A stretch of 64,000 nucleotides of DNA from Vitrella brassicaformis CCMP3155 (lineage: Eukaryota > Protista > Chromerida), in the NCBI GenBank assembly GCA_001179505.1, contig CDMY01000840.1:62001-126000 (forward strand). The letters run 5' to 3'. Positions 55,289-64,000 of this stretch are shown here, piece after piece (the stretch's first letter is position 1; every line of letters begins with the position of its first letter). The translations under genes and the position numbers were made by a program. A model generated the notes under the pieces. The model was not told the origin of the DNA, ran no database searches, and saw only the letters and a list, made by a program, of their open reading frames with translations.

Positions 55289-55777
55289 GACGCGCACAGA
55301 CGAGAAGGGCAACCGAAGAGGAAGCAACCTCTGACGGGAAGCAGTACTGGCGTTACCGGTTTGCCGCGATCGAGGTAAAATGCATGAAACATACACACGC
55401 TGGTTTGCCGTACTGTGTGATCTGTCAGGACCGTGAAAAGCGTTAGCGGTTGGCCGTTAGGGATCGACGGACTCCCTGGCCAGATTTCTCGACGGGAGAC
55501 GGGAGACAACCACAGCCATTTAGTAGTTTTCCGGCATTTTCAGCTCTCCTGCCTTTCCTTCGCCACATCTCCTCCATCTCATCATCTTTTGGGCCGGTTC
55601 TTGCCTCAGACGGCTCGCCTCAGCACCTCTCAAGCCTCGCCACCTCTCCCTCCCGCGATATGGTATCGGAAAAAATCCGTCAGTGCGAACTGGGACCTGG
55701 AGCTTGGAGGAAGAGGAAAAGGACTCCGAGGAAGCGCAGAAGCAGCAGCGAAAGAAGCATCAAAAGCAGCCACAGCA

Positions 55778-57447
55778 ATGGAGAAACTGAGGCTCACCAG
55801 CCGCCACTGGACCGGCCACGAGTTCGAGTGGCTCGACCCGAAGGCCGACGAGCTTGGCATCCCGGGTCAATGCGTCCGGCGGGCGCGCATCCCCACCAGG
55901 GACGGCCTGGGCTTCGTTGACGGCACCGTCAAGTACGCCAAGTTCGAGGACGGGCAGAAGGCCCAAGCGGCACTGTTTCAGAGGGAGGCCAAGAGGATGA
56001 GGGACTATGACGGCAACCCGCTCTTCCTGCCACTCTTATTCGGGGACACCGACCCCGTTGACTGCCCAATGTTGCAGAAGAACAAGGATGGGCGTGTGAC
56101 GGAGAGCAAGGCCGTCGCCATCGGCATGCTTCTCCTGGACGGTGAGTCCAAGGGAGGCGGTGAAAAAATTGATGCTGGGTTTCATTCTCTCAATTTCTCT
56201 CGTTGTGTGGTGGTGTCTGTGTGGCTGCAGGTGAGGAGTGGATAGAGCAGAGGGCGCTGCTGCTGCCGCTGGAGGTGCCGCCCCCGCACAACGTCTATAA
56301 GATCGCCGAGAAGCTCAAGGAGGAGAGCACAGCCGAGGAGAAGGCAGCCGTCGCAGGTGATCTCTTGGTCATCACGGAGGCCCTCATTCTCATCATCCGG
56401 GCCCACATCAAGGCTGCTGAGGGGGGGCTGATCTGCAGCGACCACTTCAGGAGTAACATATTCCTGAGGCGGTCGGCCCTCCCCTTCTCGGCAGCACAGC
56501 AGACGTCGGGCGGACTCTACCCCAGTGGAGCAGTCGGTGAGATTCATCGACCTGGCCAACACCGTGGAGCTGCAGCTCGTCCGTCCCCCCTCCCCCCTTC
56601 ATGGCCACGGGCAGCACCCTCATCCCCCTCTCAGTGGCCGGTAGGGAGTCGGTGGACCAGGACCCCAGCGGCACGGCATCCTTCCGCCCACCGGAGCAGT
56701 TGCTGCTCACCATCCAGGCGCTGGAGGAGGATGCCCAGAGGAAGGCGGACACACCAAGCTCCACCACCGCCTACCAGCGCCGGATGGGCCTCGACCCACG
56801 AGCGCCATCGGCCAAGCTGGACCGCATCCGAGCGGCAATCAGAAAGCTCAAGGGAGAGCTGAAGGCTCAGGGGGTGCTGGTGGGCAAGGGGGGTGACGAG
56901 AAGGTGTGGATGGGGCTGCCGAGCCTGGTGTGGGGGATCGCCGCCCTCATCCACGCCGTGCTCAGGGGGGAGGACTTGCAGGGGCCCATGATGGACGAGG
57001 ACAACGCCAAGGGCGTCGTGAGGGGCGAGGTGACGGCGGTGCTGGAGGGGTACGGAGATGGCCAAGTATGTGGATGAAGACGGCAGCCCTCTCTGGGACG
57101 GCATGGTCTGGTGCTCTCTACTGGAGAAGTGCAGCTTGCATTCCGACATGAAATGGGCGCAGGAGTGGGTGGATACTCTGTCCAAGGCGTCTAGGAAGGG
57201 TCTGCAGCCAAGGTGCGAAGATCGCGGCACCCTAAAGGAGCCGCTGGCAGCCTGTGCCCAAGCCCGCGACCTGCTGCTGCCCAAGCTGACCATCCATCAG
57301 TCCCACACCTCTACTTCCCCCTCCACAGAGAGCCAGCCACTGGCAGCCAGCCAGCTCCCACTCGCAAGAGGAGCCAGAGGACCAGCATGCCACCACCCCC
57401 GCTGCCGACGGGTGCCTTGTGGTCTCGATGGAGCTGCTGACGGGTAA
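55778..57447 (+). pseudogene. Highly divergent protein kinase-like gene distributed over successive +1 frames
   Basis: ELGIPGQCVRRA (I), GTVKY (II), FQREAK (III), LICSDHFRSNIFL (VIb), RFIDLA (VII), GTASFRPPEQ (VIII), LVWGIAALI (IX) and GLQPRCEDRGT (XI) occur in order, with three frame changes. Confidence 0.6.
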
Positions 57448-59708
57448 GCAAATGACGAGGATACACATGCCATTTGCTCATCCTCTATTCTACCGTCATT
57501 GTGAGTGTCTGCAGGCCTTCTCATATCGCTGCCTACATTTTATATCTTGTCGTCTTCTTCGTCCCTTACCCCGAAGACAAACGTGATGCAAAGGCACCAG
57601 GTTGACCGCTGAAGACACGTCTCCACTTAATATTTGCTGAACAAGGCTGTACCTTTCCTTCTACACATGGATGGCTACACACGTGGATGGAATTGGTGAG
57701 CTGCGGCACCTCCGCACCAACATCGATATCATGTGTGTCTGGATCTCTCTCTCAGAAGATCGACCCCAATGTGGTGCTGGCGGCGCAGCCTCCACTGTTT
57801 CCCGCTGGCCCCTTCAAAACCGCCGCCAGCAGCTCGTCTGGTATATGATCAATCGTTCTATTATGTGTATGCGTATTGTGCGTTGTTGCCTTGTGTAGGG
57901 CCAGTGGCGATGCAACAAGGCTACATCGTTCCGCCCAAGGGTTATGTCGAGACGGGCATGTCCACCGTGGACGGCGAGCAATATGAGAAAGACGATTGAA
58001 AGGATTGAGTTGGGAGCGGGAGATAGATAAGACAAACACACATTCACCCACACACACACATACACATACACCTGCAATTCATACATGGATGAGAGGGAGG
58101 GAGGGAGGGAGGGAGGGAGAGCGTGGATGTGCGTGCGTGTGTGCGTGTGTGTATGGATGGAATGGCAGGCAGGTAGGCCCACTCGCTCATTCACGTAGAG
58201 ACATTTCCTTTTTGCGTACGGAATTAGTGGGCTGTGCCATGCATCCATCCATCCATCCACGTATGTATGGTTGGCTTTGCATAGGCACCTAGGGCGGCTA
58301 TCCTTTGATTTTGGCCTGACGTCCTTCTCCTCGGAGTCTGCCCGGCTGTGTTGGGTCTGTCTGTCTGGCGTGTTTTTCAGATCTGCGGTCTGCGTGTAGA
58401 CATCAATCGTGCCCCCGACTGGGAGGCCCATCATGGCCACTACTTTCCCCAAACGAAGGTGGCCCAGCGGTGTCGGCCAAGACTTGCCAGCTGAGAGGTC
58501 CACGATGGATGGATGGAGAGAGATAAGGATGAGGCAACAGGCACGGATGTCTCTGCGCAGAAGTTTATGCTGTCTGATAACCCTTTGTATGTTTTGCAGG
58601 TCTTCCATCGTTGCCTACATTTTATATTCGATTGGCTGGTTTGCTCTGTGCCGCGCAATCAAACGATCAGCATGGCTGCATCATGTGCAAGCGCGACACT
58701 CACGTCTCTGTGTGCAGAAGATGCGCGTGTGTGTGGGCCGATCGGTTTGAAATCGCTTGAGTCGTGCTGTGCTGCATCGGTTGTGCCGCGCACACTGATG
58801 TTGATGGAGACGTACGTGGAAATGGGAACTGGCTGTGTGCCTGGTTGCTCTTCGGTGGTGGGCGGCTCTGAAGATTCTCATACACACTATCAATGAGACT
58901 GACACACACACAGGTATTCAACTCAATGTGATCTGAATGAGTCCGTCCGGTCCGTCCTCCACGAAAATCGGAACTCTTCACACGCACAGCATGCAACGCA
59001 TTCACGCGACCAACAGGCAGGCAGACAGGCAGACAGGCAGACAGGCAGACAGGCAGACAAGGAAAAAAGTACTGAGGTACATCTATATATTAGATCCATC
59101 CATCCATCCATCCCGAAATACAGTGTGTCTTGAGCGAGACAGACCACATGCCATGCAGTCAGTCATCACGAGCCATTCATTCAAACGCACGCCAGCCAAT
59201 CCGCGATCGCTCCATATAGAAACTACTCACCCATTCACCCCACAGGCAGCAACACATCCAGTCCGATCTCACCATATGCAGCCACACACCACACCACACA
59301 CCACCACACCCCAACAGCCCGTCGGTCCGATCACACACAAAGTCTTTTGTGGTCGGTTTTGACCGGCTGCCACAGAGGAGCTGAGGGAGGGAGGGAGGGA
59401 GGGAGGAGCGAACCGAGGAAGGGCCATGACCTAGTTGGGAAGACACATAGACAGGGGGAAGAGACAAATAGACACCTAGGCAGTCTGTGAGGGAGGGAGG
59501 GAGGGAGGAACGAGTGAGTAATTGAGTCAGCACATTCAGCAGCCACATTCAGCCAACCGCCCAGATAGAGCGAAGCGAATCCATATAGACCCATGTTTGT
59601 ATATCACAGCTCACTCACTACGCCCATAAAGCCCTGCCGTGACTGACGCCATAGCAACAAAAATGGCCTTACCGCACCACAGCCACCCCGCCCTGCCCCC
59701 TCCATCCT

Positions 59709-62340
59709 CTAAATCTCCTGTGCGCCGGCATTCCCCTCCCCCTCGTCCACACCATTGGCAGCTACAGCCGGCTGCCCATCCGTGGTAGTGTTGCTGCCGT
59801 TGGTCGCATTGGTCGCAATTGCCGCCTCACCCCCACTCACGCCCAAGCCACCAGCAGCAGCGGCAGCGGCAGGAGTGGTCTTGCTGCCCGTGTGCAGCTG
59901 CACTGTCTGTCGCGTGTGCTGTAGCTGCTGCTGCTGCTGCTGGTGGTGGTGGGGCGGTTGTGGCAGCAGCCCTTGGAAGTGTTTGTGCTGGTTGGTGCAG
60001 AGCTGGACGAGTGCGGTGCGCTGGTCGGGCGAGGGGAGGGCTATCTGGCCGAGGGTCGTCTTGCGGGGGCGGCGGTCGAAGAAGTACTTGCCGCTGATGT
60101 TGTTGACGCGGATGTCGTCAGACAGGGCCAGCCACAGCTGCATTTATCCACACAGACAGACACACCAATTGTGTGTGTGTGTGTGTGTGTGTGTGGATGT
60201 TTGTGTGCCTACCGGTGTGTCGGCTCCCATTGCCTCATCCCGTAGCAGCCCCAGCATCTTGGTGGTGCGGTAGAAGGGCCGCAGGGGAACCGCGTCACGC
60301 AGGCCGGGCGTGTCAACCCACCCTGACCACACACATACGACAGACACCCAGCAGACAGACCATGAGATACCAAAACATATATGTCCTCATCACTCGTCGA
60401 GCACAGCACGCACCTGGGTGGCAGCAGTTGACGCGGATGGGCAGGTCGTTCTCCTTCCACGTGGCCGCCCAGTACTCGGTCAAACACACCTGCCATGCCA
60501 CCATCGACCAACACACACACACGTGCACACGCCTGGCCCTATTCGTGTGTGTGGAGCGGCCGGACCCTCGCGCGATGGTGGAGGGCGTATTGCTTGCGGC
60601 CGTCGTACGCCCAGCCAGTCGACGGCCCCTCCAGGGAATCGACGTCCAGACTGCAGAAACACACACACATACACATACAAACGGAACCATCAGCACTAGT
60701 ACCGCTGGTGCATACCCGATGGCTTCCATGCCGGCCGACACGACGTTGACGACGCGGCCCTCACTCTGCGCGCCACCGCCTGGCATTGCCAGCAGGGGGG
60801 TCAGCTCACTCGTGAGGATGAAGAAACCGGCCACGTTTGCCGCAAATGCCTCGTCGAGTCCGTCAGCCGTCACCTGACGGCGAGACGGCAGCACCGCCAC
60901 GTTGTTGACCTGAGCACCGAAAATGACCAGACGCCAGGGCGTTCTCAACACGAAGCCATCCTCTCACCAGTATGTCGAGCTTTCGCTCGCCATCGACAGA
61001 GGTGAATCCCCTTGCAAAGGCCAGCACCTCTCCTGGTCGGCTCATGTCGACGCGATGGACCACGACGCGGCACCGCAACCCGCCCCCGTGGGCGGCCAGC
61101 TCGTCGTTGACCTGGGTCTGGAGCGCCTCGGCGACGTTCTCGCCCGTCTGCAGGTCGCGACAGGTGATGTGCACCTCCAGGCCGCGACGCGCCAGGCCCT
61201 CAGCCACCTTCAGGCCAATCCCTGACACGAACCACAGATATGGATCGGATCGGCGTCTCTATGTGTCTGTGGGTGGTGTGGTGTGTTGTCGCCATCCATC
61301 CATCTCACCCGAGGTGCCTCCGGTGACGATGGCGACCATCTTCCTGCCCTCCGGGCCGGCCTGTATGGCCTCGTTGGCATGCCTGGCGCGCCGCCGGCAG
61401 AAGAACACCCCGTTGCGCACGGTGCTCGCCAGCCTCGTGTGGGAGGGGTCGCCGAAGTAGAGGGCCAGGGCGAGGGGGTCGAACCTCGGTGGCACCATTG
61501 TGGTGACGTAGAAGCCGATGGACTGGCGGATGAGCCACGAGGTGAGCCGCCCGATACTGGGGCGCCAGTAGGCGTCGTAGATGCGGCCCAGGATCGTGAT
61601 GCCGCTGAACAGAGACTGCACATCACACGCAGGGAGAGAGAGATGCCGGGCAGCTGTCACTGATGGCGACATGATGTGTGCATATGTCTTGGGCGTACTG
61701 CGAGGGACCACTCGTCGACGTGGGATGTGATCTTGGTGGCGGATTCGTCCATGACCACGTGAGTGGTCTGCACGATGGTGAGGGACAGCGGGATGAGGCG
61801 GAATGTGTACCGCACCTTGGCCTTGAACAGCACCGACGGGGGCGACGGCAGGGCATCCTGGGTGGGCGTCAGGAGCGTCGGCTCGCCTGCAGTGAGTGCA
61901 CCACACACAAACAGACAAACAGACCAGACCGACACGCAGTGCACTGCATGCGGCTCCCCACCTGTGCTGTGCGGTGCAGAAACCCAGCCCCTCCCACCGA
62001 CGTACGTACCTATAAATTCCACTTTGCTGAAGAGCGTCCTCAGCGACAGGAACTGGCTCCTCACGTCGTCGATGCCTGACACCTTCATTATCGGGTCCTG
62101 TCGACACCCCGCCACACACCACACACACAAAACTCACTCTTGACGTATCTCTTTTGCTTGTTCTGGGCGGTGCCTTGTGCGGCCAGTGAGGCCCCCTGCC
62201 CCTGTGCCCACCTCGAACTGCGCGTCAGCGTCGTAGAGCGCCGCTATGACGAGGTCTGCTTCTCCAAAGGGGGCCGAGTAGACCGTTTCAAGTTGCTTCA
62301 GCAACTTCCCCGTGTCCATCGTCACCGGATCTCCGTTCAT
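59709..62340 (-). CDS. Fusion of an N-terminal NTF2/SnoaL-like domain with a DHRS12-like short-chain dehydrogenase
   Basis: LYDADAQFEDPIMKVSG..ITSHVDEW, then AIVTGGTSGIG, VDMS, LVNNVAV, FAANVAG, VVNVVSAG, YALHH, NCCHPGWVDTPG and SGKYFFDR. Confidence 0.8.
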
Positions 62341-62530
62341 CGTGGCGTCCTCTCGAGAAAAAAAAGGTGAACAAAAGCTCGCCACATCTAAGCTCGCGGG
62401 ACGTAGGGTCTTCGCTAAACACAGGTGAAAGGTGCTCTCGGAACGCCATGAGATGAAGGCGAGTGGAGCAATCATTCGACATTTGAGATAACACGGCGCC
62501 GCCCTTCCCCGTTACCGGCATTCGACGTTC

Positions 62531-63932
62531 ATGATGCCAGAAGCCTTTGACTCGAGTCCCTTTGTCGAGGATGACTTCCTCGAGGCGCTGATGATAGCTG
62601 GCGATGAACAGGTCAGAGATCAACACAGCACGGCACGACGAGGCGGCTGGAGAAACGTACGTGTGCATGTTTCTCTCTCTCCCTGTGCATCGCACCCATT
62701 CACTCTGTCTGCTGGCTGGCAGATCAAAGTGCATGCGCAGAGGATCCATGACACCATCCTGCCATGTGCAAACAGGATGGTCCAAGGCGTCCAAGAGGTC
62801 AGTCGACCAGCAACACAAAACAAGACAACAGGTGGTTAATGTGTTGGTTGCGACGATGCATGGCATGCAGATTCTCTCCTTCAATGGTGGTGGCAATGGC
62901 GGCTGTCCGCCTCTGCCTCGTGTGGAGCAGGAGCTGCTCCGCTCGCGTGAGGTGAGCGACACGGTGGTCAAGACCATGGTCACGCTGGACGGCCTCGGCG
63001 GGGCGGAGCAGATCAGACAGGAACGAAGACACCTCATCAATCACTATCTAGAGGTAAGTGAAGCGGGCAGATGCATGTTGTCTGTCATGATTGACAGAAC
63101 ATCGAAGCTTCTGTCTGTCTGCTTCCATCCTTTATGTCAGCCCATCGGCAACCGTGCCGACCACGCCAAGAGCCTCCTCACAAGTCTCAAGAACCAGCTG
63201 CGAGACGCCGGCAACAATGGCAGCAGCAACAGGATGCAAAACAATGAGGTAGCAGCACCAGCTGCACCAGGTGCCTCACCGGCGGCCGCAGCAGCAGCAG
63301 CGAGTGGAGGTGTGCCGTGGCCGCCGAGCACCCCGCCGGCTGAGAGCGGCCTCTCCAAGATACATGGGGACATTGTGGGCATCTTGGAGAGGCTGGAGGT
63401 GGGCAGGGCAGCCGGAAACCGGTGGCTGTTAGTTAGTTGTGTGCGCTTGTACGAACGCGAATCTGTATGTCTGCAGAGGTCTCGTCCATCGGCCGACGGG
63501 TCGCCGCTTCAAGCAATACGTCCCAAGGTGTGTGAGAGAATGACTGCATGCGTCGATGCTCTCTCTGGTGGTTGCGGTCTCATTGTTTCTCTCCCGCGCG
63601 TCTGCAGCCCCCTGCCGAGGCGGTCAAGAGTCTGGAGGGTGTGTTGAGTGAGGTGCAGCGCACCGACCTCGGCCGGCGAGATGCCGCCACATTGGCGCTG
63701 GCCGCTCACGCATACGACACACTCATAATGGGCGCACAGACGGTAGGTGGGCAGGCGGCGACATGGAAATCTTGACCCACCTGCCTATGCCTTTGTGAGC
63801 GGTTTCACTGTGTCATTTGTGTCAGTGTTTGGTGGCGATATCCCAGCATCCACTGAGGGAGAACTACGAGAAGCTGAAGCTCATGTGTCTGGGGCAGCAG
63901 GTGGTCAAGAACTCTACGCTCGCACTCCTGCT
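62531..63932 (+). CDS. BAG-domain-containing protein; probably continues beyond the window
   Basis: EVSDTVVKTMVTLDGLGGAEQIRQERRHLINHYLE fits the BAG helix 2-3 pattern (LD..g...iR..Rk.l). Confidence 0.6.
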
Positions 63933-63940
63933 GTAAGGAC

Positions 63941-63971
<31 letters not shown>

Positions 63972-64000
63972 GGGGGATGGATTGAGGGAAAGAACTGACT

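Overview
GC-rich, intron-dense eukaryotic nuclear DNA with ~50-100 nt introns full of GT/CA, CAGA and GATG microsatellites. The style and gene content point to a chromerid/alveolate, most like Vitrella brassicaformis (inference). About 23 spliced genes or gene fragments are present, many in head-to-head pairs. Recognisable genes: pyruvate carboxylase, a kinesin, DNAAF5, OLA1/YchF, CFAP91, an R2R3-MYB, an aquaporin, a plastid-type CNNM/CorC transporter, an NTF2-like+SDR fusion and a BAG-domain protein. The most unusual elements are: (1) a divergent pair of putatively secreted enzymes better known from bacteria and fungi, a Tle1/DUF2235 lipase and a PQQ-type AA12/GSDH dehydrogenase; (2) a degenerate FEN1/XPG-XRN-like nuclease gene carrying an in-frame two-exon tandem duplication; (3) a divergent kinase split over four frames; (4) a membrane-anchored coiled-coil gene with an in-frame TAA; (5) an NPS/NPC aquaporin lacking the ar/R arginine; (6) an unannotated minus-strand repeat with synonymous-biased divergence next to a 105-nt hairpin. 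Two 300-N assembly gaps are present. All exon joins were inferred by eye and no database searches were run.
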